The position numbers and the translations under genes are program-made. Source: Camelus dromedarius (taxonomy: Eukaryota). Taken from it: 64,000 nt of DNA. Every line of letters begins with the position of its first letter. Within the stretch, counting starts at the first letter, position 1. A model generated the notes under the pieces. That model saw only the letters and a list, made by a program, of their open reading frames with translations, made no database searches and was not told the DNA's origin. Below, piece after piece: positions 37,200-50,800 of the stretch. The DNA is taken from contig NC_087437.1 in assembly GCF_036321535.1 (NCBI RefSeq), positions 81,780,001-81,844,000 of the forward strand, written 5' to 3'.

Positions 37200-38645
37200 G
37201 AATCAGCCAGCAGGGTAGAGAAGACTGCTTACACACAGGGGCAATGAGCAAATAAGTAAATAGTTTGAGGGTAACAGAAACTCAGTTATCCTCACCGTTG
37301 AGGAAGGGAGTTACAAACATGGAAAGGATAAAAGCTAGAATGTTCCTATGGCATTAGATTGGAACTGGAGCTATCAATGTGATCTCTTTGGTATTTGATA
37401 AAAGACAGAGCAACAGATACGGCTGTGTGTCTATTTCCTAGCTCTTGTGGCTGAGAGTGTCTAGAAGCAATGAGCACATCCCAGTCTAGTGAGCACATTC
37501 AATGCCCAGATCTCAGTTTCCACAATACTACTTTCCATAGTGGACCCAGGTCTCCTTGAAGATGTGGCTAATTCCAGGGCTGAGTAGAGAAAAGTACAAG
37601 ATGCACATGGAACATTTTCTTGTGCCAGAAAGTAAGACAGTACTTAGAAAATGATCAGGACTTGTCAAAAGGATATAAAAGCCAGCCGAAGGTGCTTCTA
37701 CTTGCCAAATCTGAGATCACTGGGCATCAAAATAAATAATGGTATCAATGGATTAAAAGCCTCTGAATAAAACAGGAATCCATACGTGCATATTGATAAA
37801 AAGAAATACAAAAATAAATAAGAGAAAAGGGAAAGATCTTCCTTACAGAAGAAAGTTTCTTTAGTAGTGATATATTTACATAGTCTCAAATTATCTTCCT
37901 ACAAAATATTTACTGATTACAAGGAAAACTGTTAGTTTAAAGTGGAGAAATCTGGCAGGTATCACTTGAACAGAGTGGAGCTGGTATGGACCAACTCCAT
38001 TTATGTGTCTCCATATAATTAACTAAGAAGAATGCAGCATTACTTCTGTGGTATTCCTTCCAAAAAAATACACAAATTCAGTCTCATAATAAGGAAATAT
38101 CACACAAACCTCAGTTGAGTAACATTTTACAAAACGTACTCTTCAAAAATGTCAAGTCACCAAAGAAGTAAAGACTGAAGAACTGTTGAAGACTAAAGGA
38201 GAGACATGACAACTAAACGCTACAAATAATCCTGCACCAAAGGAAAAAACTAAATTTTCCCCCAGAATGCATATTATTGAGACATTTGGTGAAAAGTTGA
38301 ATGGCAACTATGGATTAGAAAGTAATACTGCATCTATGTTAATTTACTGAATTTAATTGTTATACTATAGTTACGTAGGAGAGTGTATTTGCTTTTAGGA
38401 TAACACTGACGTATAAAAATTGATTCAGAAAAATATACACAAATATATATAAACACAAGGGGGTGAATGGGAAGAGGAAGATCAGGAGGAAAAAAGGTGA
38501 AGGGGAAAGGAAGGAGGGAGGGAGAAAGCAAATGTGGTTAAATGCTAAAGACTGGAGAACTTGGGTGAAGAGTAAATGGGAGCTCTTTATTATTTGTGTA
38601 TCTTTTCTGTAAGTTTGAAATTAATTCAATGATAATAGTTAAAAA
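37200..38645 (+). mobile_element. L1MC/L1MD-type long 3' UTR fragment
   Basis: 'gaagggagttacaaacatggaaagg', 'aaagtggagaaatctggcagg', 'aaagactgaagaactgtt', 'gggagctcttt...ttttctgtaagtttgaaatt'. Confidence 0.75.
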
Positions 38646-38649
38646 CAAA

Positions 38650-38840
38650 GAGCATGGGTTTTGGTGTGACTCAGGTTCAATTTTGAATTCCCAGCCTGGT
38701 ATTTACTAGCCATGAGACTACAGGGAAGTAATTTAGTTATTCTGAGCTTTGGTTTTCTTATTCGATCACCTACAGGACTAACTTAAAGGGATGCTGTGAG
38801 GATTAAATAAAATAATGCACAGATTGAGCACCTGGATGGT
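38650..38840 (+). mobile_element. MIR SINE
   Basis: 'agagcatggg.tttgg...tttactagc...tctgagctttggttttctta...gctgtgaggattaaat'. Confidence 0.7.
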
Positions 38841-39239
38841 GGTAGGTTTGTCTGGTAGAGGACTTGATACCTAACTAGCGATGTAGTACATGCTAGCTGA
38901 AAAAATGAACAGTTCCTTTTTCCTGCCCCTCTCCCGGCAATCAGAATAAGTGATACCACTTAGAGAAAATTAGATTCTCCAAATTTTAGCAATGTCAAAT
39001 ATGAGATTTTTTCTGACACCTGAATAATAGAAACCTTGAATAGTAATAATAAACACCATCATACATTTGAATGTTGCTCTAAAATTTCCTCAGCACTTTG
39101 CACTCATGTCTCAAGTGACACTGAATGGAACAGGCAGGCACTCAAGTTAAAGTTCAACACAGTGTTAATAATAGCGAATCTCTACAGTGCCTTCGGTTAT
39201 GACTGTCAAAGAAGAGGTCATGCCCTTGTTACTTAAATC

Positions 39240-39770
39240 TCAAACAAGGCTCGCATCGGTACTTGGTTGCAGGGTACAAAATGAGGTGCAGTCTAAGGTC
39301 CATCTGGGTATCTGTTCTTAAGATGCTGGCACTGCTGTTTGTGGTTCACAGTGTATTTGGGAGAGTGACAAGGCAGAGAAGGGGACCCAGGTTGTGCCTG
39401 GGAGGTTTATTCTCTCAGCCAAGATGTGCACGTGAATTTGAAATTACCCAAGAGGGTGGTTTCAGAGCTGCCTGCCAAACAGTGGTGTCTTCTAATCTGG
39501 AGAGCAGCTGCTGGGCACAGGCATGCAAACACACACACACAAACACATACACACAGACACACTCAGGGTGCCTATACCTGCCTCTACTTGTTTGCTCTGG
39601 ACAGATGGCTCCCGGCTTTTGGGTCGCCTCATCCTGCAGCTCGGTCCAGTTAGACACTTTCCTCCGTGGAGACTGGCAAGCTGTGGGGTTTGGGATTCCG
39701 CAAGGTCGCCTGTGTTCAGAGCATGAAGGACGCTGCCCGGAGAGGGAAGAGGGTTATATTTAGTGTTTGG
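39240..39770 (+). promoter_or_regulatory. Putative FILIP1L promoter region with E-boxes and a MEF2/TATA-like element
   Basis: CACGTG at 39429-39434, CAGCTG at 39505-39510, and TTATATTTAG (fits MEF2 consensus YTAWWWWTAR) at 39754-39763, upstream of the strong donor at 40000, with more CpGs than the flanks. Confidence 0.5.
39528..39562 (+). repeat. Imperfect (CA)n tract at the putative FILIP1L promoter
   Basis: aacacacacacacaaacacatacacacagacacac directly visible. Confidence 0.9.
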
Positions 39771-39999
39771 GCCCAGTCTGTGTTGGGCTCCCCACTGCCT
39801 CTCCTCTGCAGAACTGGCAGCGGCCCCTGGTTGCAAGTTCTCCGTGGCTTTGAAGCCCATAAAACAAAAACTGAGACAGTGTCCAAAAAGACAAGAAGAA
39901 AACATTGCTGTTGGCCCCGGGATTCCACTATTGGATTTTGGTGGGGATAAGAAGAGAGGACTACCTGGTGTGATCTAGTAGAGGTACCTGCACAGAAAG
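39550..39999 (+). other. FILIP1L: Non-coding first exon (5' UTR) of the long isoform of FILIP1L, nested antisense in CMSS1 intron 1; 5' boundary approximate
   Basis: Locally GC/CpG-enriched unique sequence ending in a consensus donor CAGAAAG|GTAAGT (GT at 40000-40001). Its position about 30 kb from CMSS1 exon 2 on the opposite strand fits the known mammalian arrangement of FILIP1L inside CMSS1 intron 1 with a non-coding exon 1. No FILIP1L coding sequence is in the window, so identity rests on synteny. Confidence 0.75.
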
Positions 40000-41929
40000 G
40001 TAAGTGCCCCTATTGCTGTCGAGAAGAGGCTTTGGGGATGTTTCTGTGTTATCCACCATCCGGGAACTGCCAACACCGCTCTCCAGGAGCAGGATCTCCT
40101 GGGCATTACACGCAGGAATACAGCAAATCTCAGGTATAATTAAGGGCTTATGACGTATGATGACTTTTAGGCTAATACGGGTAAGAGCCGCTTGCAAAAT
40201 AGAGGAACTATCCTGACAGTAGGTATGTTTTACTAAATTGGTTTGCATGAAAGAAGACCAAAATAAAGTTTTAAATTGTTATCCTCTTTAGAGTAAGACA
40301 AATGGTCAAAAATTTAACAAAGATGGTTTGGGCAAATGACTTCTTGTTAATAGTTTGATTCTGTAAGCTGATGTAGATGATTTAAAATACATAATTTCAA
40401 AATCATCAAAAATGTGATAAAACTGGAGAAGTATACTTACTAGAGTACAGGCTAGACTGGAGAGGAATTTTCTTTTTATGGAAAGACAGAAGAAACTAGC
40501 ATCTTAAAATGGCAACTAGATAGTATTCTTTTTTCTTTACTTGTGTTCATATTTCTTTAATGCTAAGATCTGATGAATGGGGGCCACAGAACAGAAGCAG
40601 ATTTTTGAGGTAGGGTTTCTGGAAGGTCTTGGGAGATACCTACTACCCCAAAGAATATGACTGGATATCTGTGGCACATCAAATCTCAGTGTCAATGGGA
40701 AATGATGCCAGAGAAAGTACTGCTCACTGTACTTGCTCAATGGGAGTATTAGTCAATGTTTAGGGTGAATACATAGCTTTGAACACAGATTCCCATTCAA
40801 CAGAGATACATGTTCAGCTAAAATTCTTGTGACATATTCAATCATTCTTTTTTCTCTTCATAACAACTGATGATCATGTATCTTTCTTCAATATCTGTGC
40901 AAGTCTCAGGTAGGACTGCAAGAGATGCAGTACACACACTGCTTAGCTACATTCACCACGTTTCTTGTGTGTATTAGGTTTGTAGAAAGGAGGGCATGGG
41001 GAAGCGTACTACTGGGGAGAATTTTTCCAAAAAAAAAAAAAAAGGTTATGTTCCTCTAGCTGCAACTAAAAATGCTTTTCCTATGATGACACTTTCCAAT
41101 ATATCAATCTCCTATCCTTCAAAAACAAATATTCCAAGTAAGTATATCTCTACAGTTGTCAGTTGACACTATTATGAAACTCCCATTATACTTAATTTAA
41201 AAACAGCATAAACACTTTAAGAGCTGTTTGTTATTGAAAATTTCTAAAGGCAGCAATGTTCATGGGCTATTTTTACTTCTTTAAAACAAATATGTAGGGT
41301 AATTAGCTCTACTCTTAGGAGAGTTCTCCAGGTAATTTCCAAAAGCAATGTAGAGTTTGGGTTCTTATGACAACCAATGCAAAAATACTCTGTAAAAATT
41401 CTGGAACAAAGAAGGGTATTGATAATAAACAAAGAAGTGCAGAAAAACTTTTAAAAAGATTTTCACTCTGTTCAGGTTCATATGTAGTTGTCTTTTTTTG
41501 CTTAAACTGTTAATAAAGTAAAGAATTTGTTAGCCAAGAATTGGTCTTAGGTAGTGGTGTTGTCCTTGGAGATGGAGATACTCTACTGTGGCTTCAAAGT
41601 GATGGTACATGTGACTATTATAGGAGAGAGATGTTGCGACTTGCCAAGAGTTGGGGAAAAGCAAAGGTAAATGGTCTTGTATTCTTCAGAACAGAGTCCA
41701 TATTATTCTTTGATTTAACTTAAAGCAAAATTTCTACTGAAATAACATGCCTAACTTCTTCAACATGTTATATTAAAAAACAGTTAAAGAAAAAACTGTT
41801 AGTTTTTTTCATTTGCCTTAGACAGAACTAGTGGTCACCAGCATTTAATAACTATTCATGCTGAACACACAATTTTTTAAAAATTTCATTATATTTAGGT
41901 GGAACATGTTTACAGTAAAGGATATAATT

Positions 41930-42030
41930 AGTTTGTTCATTTGTTCATTCATCCAGCAAATATTTAGAGTGCCTACTATGTGCTGGGTTATTGGGGATAC
42001 AGTGGTGAATGAGGCAAACGTGGTTTTGAT
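41930..42030 (-). mobile_element. L2 3' end
   Basis: 'ttcattcatccagcaaatatttagagtgcctactatgtgctgggt...ggggatacagtggtgaa'. Confidence 0.75.
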
Positions 42031-44676
42031 GTGCTCTGAGTATATAAATTGTCACAGAGGGGCTGACTATTATTAGTGATTTGAATCTTTATATTGTTCA
42101 TGTCGTTCACCATAATTAGTATTATATCCTTTATTTCTGATTAAAATAAAAGGACCAGAAAAAAATTTTTTTCCTACTTAAAAAAGTTTACTTAGTGTCT
42201 GTGAGATAGCGAGACAATTTCAGAGACCAAATAATCAAATGATCAAATTGGAATATACATTTTAGTGCAAATACTTGGGCCTTCTTTGAGGGATGTTGAC
42301 ATTTCTGTTCTAAACTACAGATGTCAGACGGAAAGCTCACATTCTGATAGTTTGTTCCTTCAGAACTGAGTTACACAAGAAGTCCCTAAGGAAGACATTG
42401 GAGCAGAATTTGAACTATAACCTCACAGCTATCTGGGGTTCAGATCTGAGAGAAGTTCAAGATGTTTCTGTCTAACCCAGCTGACAAAGACAGTCAGTCA
42501 CTGAAGCCTACAGCTAAAAAGTGGCAGTACTCTGTTTCTCGCCTTGGTTGAGAAGACTTTGTATAATGGCATTAATCATAACAACAGTGTCATTTTACAC
42601 CTAGGTGTCTTACGTTGTTCATAGAAACTCAAATACCAGTCATTCCCTTGATCCTATGGTGACCCTGCATAGGAAAGGCAGGGATTATTCCCTGGTCAGC
42701 AGATGGGAAAACTAGGTTTTAGATGTTTAAGGGCTGGTACAGAGTAATGTCTTCTCTAATGCACAGTCTCATTAAGTAGTTTCTCAAATGAAGGACTAGG
42801 AAAATTCTGCGTTTCCAACATAAGTACTCACAGTTTCGACTACTGTTTGAAAGCAGCAGCAGCTAACTGGAAACTCTGCGGATGGGAGAGTGTCAGGCCT
42901 CCCCATACCCCATTCTCTTCTTGCCTCCATTTCCCTTCTACGTATTCACCCTACAGTTCTGTCTTCTGGCCCTCAGAAAAATCAGTTCAGTTGCTAAAAG
43001 AGATATAAGCTACTGCTTTTTTCTTCATTTTAGGAAGGGACAGTATAGGATAATAGCATACTCAACTACATGTGAATGCAAACAAAATTTTTAAACTCTT
43101 GTTAGTGCCACCAATCTGGTGACATTAAAAAGCTGTCACATCAGATTAGATCAATTGTCCACCCAGTCCAGATCCTGCTACTGGTGGAAGCATAAGTGGG
43201 CCCTTGAGAGAAGCAGTTTATCATAGGTAAGGGAAAACATCACAGGAAAAAATTTTCTATGGGGGAAAATGGTAAGCTGAGAGCTGTATCAGCTGAGATA
43301 TACTGGTTAACTGGGAGCTATATCAAGATGAGTTGAGTTGAACAGATCAGTTTTGAGTGAGTGAAGAAAGTCTTTCTGGTGGAATCTGAAGACAGTAAAC
43401 TGATCGGCTGGTAACTGAGATTCAGAGGGTAACAGTGTGTAGGGTACCACTCATAGCTAGTACTGACTGTTACCACTAGCTTTGACCCATCAAATGTATG
43501 TGACTTTATTTCTTCCTTACATTTTTCCTGGAATTTATTGTCTACCTTTGTAACGTTTGTTGTAATTGTTTGGAGGCTTTTAGCTACTCTTCTCTCCTGG
43601 CTTGGAATGAATGTTTTAGATCTTCATGATGGATCTAGGGACAATCCCTTGACTAGGAAAGCAGAATTAAGGTGGGGAAGGGAATGTGTATAAAGCAGAG
43701 GCTGCTTCTGTGCTTCTTCTAGGAGCTGCCACTCCAGGCCCTGAAACAGAAAGAGACAGAGGCAGCTGACTCTGAGCCATGGTATTAAACTGCCAGGTTG
43801 TGACTAGGGACACCAACTCCTTGGTTTTCAGCTGCTCCGAACATCTTCACACGTAGCTATTTTAAGAACCTTTGCATTTGATCAGGGAGCATGTGGGGTT
43901 AAGCCTTGTGTTTTCCATTTCGGTTTTAGATCCTAAGCAGGTGCAGTTATTAATTCAGATTTAAAAAACTTATTATTGTATTTCCCTCTAACCAATGCAA
44001 AAATAACTTTATATTGGGAGAGAAAGTCATGTAATTAAGATGGAGGATTTGTCTTTTAAATAAAATTAAAAGTATTTAGGACATGAATTGTAAAAAAGTC
44101 ACTAACATTTTCCATCATAATTCTTGTGTGGCAAATTTTGGTTAAAAGTATGAAAGAATAAATAAAATCATTTGGCTAAGTTAGGACAATATATACCAAT
44201 TTATGCTAGTGTCCTTAATCTAACCCTATATTCTACTTATTATGCTTGGACTAATGCTGACAAGGACACATTTGCATATTAGGGACATTTAGGATTGTCT
44301 GACAATCTCAAACTGTGACTTACCACTTGAACTTTTAGACAATTAGAAAAAAGGTATCCTCTAAGACTCACCCCACTCCCTGAATGGACAAAGGTGAAAC
44401 AAAAATGAAGGCAATATAAAACAAAAAAATTCTCTCTTTAAAAATGTTTTAAGCTAAGTATTTGCAAATTCCTCTAAAAATTTATATAGCTTTTCCTTGG
44501 TTGGCTGAAATTCTATACTTCTAATGGTCTACTATATTCCCATAAATCTAAACCAGAGCTGTCCATTCTCTTAGTTTAAAAGATATATTTATACTGTTCA
44601 GACTGTTCAGGCGATTAAACAAAGCAGGAGTGCTGGAATCTGCTGCTTGGATCCAACTTTGGAAAAATAAAGAAAG

Positions 44677-44789
44677 TAGGGTAACCAACTGTCTGGGTGC
44701 ATGTGGGACTAAGGTTTTTCCCAGGATGCAGGACTTTCAGTGCTAAAATCAGACACGTCCCAGGAAAACTTGGGCAGTGGGTCACTCTA
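44677..44789 (-). mobile_element. MER81-like hAT-Blackjack MITE
   Basis: TIRs TAGGGTAACCAAC...GGGTCACTCTA with internal 'ggactttcagtgctaaaa'. Confidence 0.8.
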
Positions 44790-46084
44790 AATGGAGGAGA
44801 ACACACACCTGAAATGATCAAATTATACAGCCTTATTGCTGTAGAGGAATGGGGTATAAAAATCAGGTTCCTTAATCCTCAGTCTGGCGCACTGTACACG
44901 TGGCAGACTTCACATTAGGGAGATGGGGGAGAGGTCTGGACACACGATTCACCTATTTATGAAGTTTCATCCTTCCTAACACAAAAGAAGATTTGAAGGC
45001 ACAATAACAAAAGTGTCATCTTGAAGCTTGGGAAGTTCAAGCTTCCTAATGGATTGGCTCAACTTCCCACTGAAAACAACGAAAACCAAGACTCCAAGAT
45101 TATATAGATATTTCATTGCTATATCTTAAAGACTTTACAAGGGCAACATACATGTGTTCACATAAATTCAAGGGGGAAACAGTGCCTAAAGCACACATGT
45201 CCACCAAATCCTTGATCCTCAAAGCTTGGTTGGCAGGTCAGGATTATCATTTGGGAGTGTGCCAGAAGTCCAGAATCAAAGGCTCCACCCTAGAATTACA
45301 ATCTGCATTTGGAGAGAACATCTTATGTAAGCTAAATTGTGTTCTCCATCTACCTGTGGCATAGGACACAATTTTGTTACAGTCAATCCATTGTTGACAG
45401 CAACAAAAATTAATCACTAGAATAATGATCACATGCTGGGAATGTTGCAGCAATGCAAAATTGCTATAAAAGTTCCTAAATGCTTACTCTCAATTTCTGA
45501 CTTATCACTCAGCAGATGAGTAACAGTTCATAGGTCAGCACAGGCCTGCAGACAACATATAAACAGCTCTGTAATGCTGAGAAACACCTACAGAGACCAA
45601 TGATCACTCTGAAGACATTGTTACTTTGTCAAGATGACTTGTGCATTGTGAGGCTGGTCCCTATAAAAGGGGTCACACCTCAGAGTGGAGCCCAAAGAAA
45701 AGCCACACTCTGTGGGGAGCCCATCCCCATAAAAGAATTTTTGTATGGGCAAAATCCTACTCAGTATTGATCAAAGGCATTCATATTGGTGGGAAACAGG
45801 GATATAAGACTATGTCTGAATTATGAAAGTGAGGAAGGGCAAACTATTGATACAGACTAGATGGAAGTTGTGGTATAGGCTAGATGGAAGTTGTTTTACT
45901 TTTTTCTGTTTTGAAGGGGTTGGGGGAGAAGTGAGAATGTTGGATAGGAGGTCTTGCAGCTCCAGTCTTCAAGTTCCCAAAGGTATCAGGGGTCTATTTG
46001 TGTCTTGATTTATCTTGGAGTTGGCTCAACTTCAGATGACATGTCATAATCTTTCCTCTCCAAACAAGAGTAAAAGTGGCTAAG

Positions 46085-46411
46085 GCTATGATTTGAATGT
46101 ATCCCCCCAAGATTCATATTAAAATCCCAAGCCCCAAAGGTGATGGTAATAGTAGGTGGGGCCTCTGGGAGGTGCTTAAGTCATGAAAGTGAAGCCCTCA
46201 TGAATGCCTTTATAAAAGAGGCCCTGGACAACTCCCCAGCGCCTACTACTACTATGTGAGGATACAAGGGTGTGACCTGGAAGAGGGCCCTCGCCTGACC
46301 ATCTTGGCACCCTGACCTCAGACTTCCAGCCTTCAGAACTGTAAGCAATAAACTTCTGTTGTTTATAAGCGGCCCAATCTGTGGCTGAAACAATTAGCTA
46401 CGGCTAGGACA
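46085..46411 (+). mobile_element. MaLR solo LTR, MLT1A/MLT1A0-type
   Basis: 'gctatgatttgaatgtatcccccc...aggtggggcctctgggaggtg...gccctcatgaatg...cagacttccagccttcagaactgtaagcaataaa...ctaggaca'. Confidence 0.85.
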
Positions 46412-47609
46412 ATTTCCAAAATTCTGAAGGGTGGGTATGGGTAGAGAAGTTACTAAGGATTCCATCCTAGATGCGGTGGTGGTGAGAGAGTATCATAAAG
46501 AAACATGCTTGCAAATGTAGACTGCAGTGTCTATCTCTTCCCTCAATGATTCTTGAATTTTGATGCTTTCTAATCTAATCTAACAACTGACTGATGTATC
46601 ACTTACCATTGCTCTATGTCTTGACTGCAGTGGTGGTTGCATGGTTGTATGAGTTGTCAAAATACCCAGAATTGCATACTATAAAGGGTGAATTTTACTA
46701 CATGTAAATCATACCTTAGTAAAATAAATGGAAAAAAGACATTTAGAATCACCATCTGTGTGGCTCTATGGTGAGAACCTTCTACTCCAAACTTCAACTA
46801 GGATATTCTGCTTTGGTGTTGACATACTGGAGTTCTTGCATAGATTTTCAGTGAAAAAAAAAAAAAAAGAAATTTTAGGGTACTAAAATAAACAAAGGAA
46901 AAAGAATCCTTGAAAAAAAACTGATATAGTCCACTCTCCTCATTGTACAGATGGAAAATTGAGGCCTGAGGAGGTTTCCCCAAGATCTCAGAACTAATTA
47001 GTGGCAGAGAAATATGCTTGTTTTTTTGAGATAGTTAAAAATGATCAATCTACAGAAATTCAATTCTCTAATTACTCTTGTGTAACAATGCCTGTCGAAA
47101 TTGCAATATCTAATGAAAAAAGCCATGAGGCAAAAAACTACGCAAAAATCTTCAAGTAGCTGTCTCCAGATATATATATATATATATTTGCCTGACAAAT
47201 ATACAATTATAAGGGAATATCAGCTGATTTTAGTAACATTATTACATGTCCAGTACCTGAAAAACCGACAGTCACCACCACTGCTATCATACCACCACAG
47301 CTTATACTCAGTATGAAAGGGTATCACAAAAGAAGACTATCCAAGCCATGTTTGGAAAGGGCATACACTTGTTCATTTGTTTACTTATTTATGTCACAAA
47401 CACATGTCAGGCACTTTTCTGGATCCTACAACCCAATGTTGATCTCAGAATTATAATAAGGTAGCATCTAGATAAGGAGCAATGCCTAACCACTAGAAAA
47501 GAGTAAGGGCTCTCTGAACTGAATACATCTATATCAAATAAAATCCCATTAGAACTAAACCAATAAATGGATATGTTCATTATCATAATGCACAATGCCT
47601 AAGAGCACG

Positions 47610-47800
47610 GATTTTCCCACATGGCATTGTGGGTTTCAATTCTAATTCTATGTGATCTTCAATAACTTATTTAACCTCTCAAAGCTTTAAGTTTCCTCAG
47701 TCATAAAATGGAGAAGATAATTGTACGTGTCTTTTTGGGAGCAATAAATGAGAAATATAAAGTGTTAATTCCAGCTGGTAGCAAATAATAAGTGACCAAT
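47610..47800 (+). mobile_element. MIR SINE fragment
   Basis: 'tgtgatctt...ttatttaacctctc...gtttcctcagtcataaaatggag'. Confidence 0.65.
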
Positions 47801-50800
47801 AATCAGGAGTTATTACTATCATTTTCATTAATACAGAAAACTCTCATTGTGGCGTTACAGATTGGGTCTAACAAAATTTGGTCTTGAAAATGTGATATAC
47901 AAGGTCCTTCTGGGACACTGATAAATGTTACAAGAATACACACAGACACAAATCTTTGGATTCCCTTGGACCAAATTAAGAAGTCTTGGGCTAGAAATGT
48001 CATCTGGGAACCAAAGGAACTGGCATTTGAATGATGTATTTTCTTTGGGACCCTAAAAACCACTGCTCTGGACAATACATGCCCACTGACAGGTATGAAT
48101 TTTAAATGCCAAATTTTGTTGCTGCGGCATTAAAAAATTCCAGAATGTTGATTATTAAAAGTAAACCACAAGTTTCCTTGATCTATGTTAAAGAATTAGA
48201 AATAACTTTTCCCCTTCTTTGAGATTCTTTAAGCCATAGCAAGTCACTACCTTTCTGCAATTCTCCTGCTCTCTCCTCCCATAAAATTTAACTCATTTAA
48301 TGAAAGTTCCACACTCAGAATGTGACAATTTATGGGCTCACGGCCCAGAGGATTCTGAGGAGACAATGAAATTCCTAAATGTGTGTGAATTATTCCAGAA
48401 TGGGAAACGAGACTTCCTGTGTAGCAGTAATTATTTATGTAACACTATCTTGGGAGAACGTTAATGGTAGAGGATTAAATTACTCCTTTTAAAATAAGGC
48501 ACTTTTACAGGGTTTTATATCTTCTTTCCTAAGTTGGAAAGACAGCATTTGTACCCACAAAATAGTAAGTTTTACTTTCTTACTATTAAATGGTTAGGCC
48601 AGGTTTCAGAAAGGCTGTACTGACGAATTAAACACCTGCCAACTGTGTGGAAAGAAGGCTCCAGTTCAAACTATGACAGAGCTGTTGATCTATCACTCTT
48701 AAAGTGATAAGCAAAGTAACCAGATAATTCCAATATCAAGAAAGTTCCAAAAGAGGCCATAATGCCTACTGAAGGGAGAAAAACTTTAGTTTACCTCAAA
48801 TTCACATGCACTTAGTAATTTTCCCATTTGGTATCATAAAATTGCAGTCATGACCTAAATAATCTAGTTATCTCAGCACATAACTGTATTATTATGTTCC
48901 CATCCACATCTGGATAGTTCATTTGTAAAAGGTAATTTCAGTTAAAAAAAACTCAAAAAGTTTAGCTAGGTCTAGTGGAACTAATCTGTACATAAACAAG
49001 GTTTTTAAAAAATTTTAAATTTTAACAGTAGAGAAGAACATAAAGATTTTCACCTGTACTTGTAGCACTAAAACAGTAGTTCAGTTTGAATTGGTAGCTA
49101 CAAGTTTACATCTCTTGGCTCTGTCACAAAATCCAAAAGAATTTAATGCTTTCAGGGTTAGATCAGATACATGTTAGTGGCAAAATGCCAGGCACCATTT
49201 TAGTGGGGCTTTTGCATTTCAACCCTTTTCCTTAGTGACCAGAAAATGTTTTTTATAGTTTCCTTTAACACACTTCTGCTTTCTTATTAATTTTCAGCAG
49301 CTTTCTTTAAATAGCAAAATAATCTCTGGTATTTTAAAGTTTCCAAACACGTGAAGACATACTACAGGAATCAGAGTATCAGCCTAGGATTAGTGGAACA
49401 GCCAGTCAGACATCACTTGAGTGTATCAGATGGGGTTTAACTCAGCTAGAAGATTCCAAAGGAAGCTCGCATTCCCAGCAGGAAGGTGAACAACACGCCG
49501 TAGCATCAGCTTCTGGATCTAAAACTCTCACCATGGACACACAGTTACAGAAGACGATGCCCATGTAGGAAGGCAGAGCTTTATTTTCAGAGAAGTGATC
49601 ATTCTCTAGCTCTCAGCTGTTCTTTGGGTAAAGAGCCAAAGTGGGGTTTCCTGGTACGATCTTCCATCCACTGGCTCTAAATCCTCTGCCACTGTTTCCC
49701 ACTATCTCCACCAGAGTCCTTGGGCCAGAGGTCATATGTATCTTGCTTAATCCTGGTATTAATAAATCTGTCCAGATGGGGGATTGTTGGAACAGCAGAT
49801 TAGCTCACACGCAGCATGGGTGCAGCCTAGACTGGCCTAGAGGAGGAATGAGATTCCACAACATCTGACCATCATTTGCAAGTGTCCATCTCTGGTGGTA
49901 TTCTGCAGTCTGGAAGCTTGCACTTCTGCTTGTATTGGTATCCTGACTGTACCGACTTGTTTCTGAGTCCGTATGATGAATCAATCTGATTTACTGAAGT
50001 GGTGTCTAGGGCTGACAGTTCCATTAATCCCAGCCTGCCACCAACAATAATTTCATATTTCCTGCATATTCTATGCCTTGCACACAGTTATATTAATTGA
50101 AATCAGTAGGAAGTAAATTCTGACTGCCTTGGTTTCTACACTTGCAAGCACAATTCTGTCCATACCTATAAATGAGCCTAATGGTAAGAAGCTACATGAA
50201 AACAAATGACTTCCAAGATGAGTTTTAAGTGAGAAAGAGTGGGAAGAGGAAGCTCATTGATAAAAAAGGTTTTGTTTGGTGAAAGGAGAAATTTCAAGAC
50301 ACTTTCAGAAGCCTCATTGCATCCCAGGGGGTTGAAAACCTGAGTCTGAGATATGCTATGTAGAGAAGGGGGAGTGGGAACAGTAGTTAAGTATGGGCTT
50401 CTGCAAAGGTAACTAATCTTCTGAAACATCTCCTGGGATTGCATCATCTTGACCCAGTAGCTGTTTTTCATTTCTACTTTTCAGACTACCTTTGTGTAAG
50501 GATTAATGACCTTCCCTTACCCCATTAACTCAGACTGTCATTAATCTCCAGGAAATACCTTGTCAGTACTGCTTAAAGGGTACATGAGAAATGCTGTGTT
50601 TTAGGTTAAAAATGGTTAATCTTATAGCTCCTTAACTACCCTTTTCAATGATTACTGAGTCTTTCTGGAATTCTTATTTGTAAGCTGTGAAGCTGTTAAA
50701 TAGAAATCTTAATTGATCTAAAAAGAATGCCTTACTGGAGGGTAAACTGAGTTCTCAAAATCACATGTGAAAAAGGATGTTTCTAATCTAAATTCTTATA

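Noticed and set aside
39097..39107. Possible minus-strand alternative CMSS1 first exon (ATGAGTGCAAA|gtgctg)
   Set aside because: The donor is poor and 11 coding nt give the wrong phase to join exon 2, which needs phase 1.
39263..39905. 166-aa (+) and 137-aa (-) ORFs over the promoter region
   Set aside because: They run through the CA repeat, resemble no known protein, and the + ORF starts at a non-ATG codon; only the internal ATG-started uORFs were kept.
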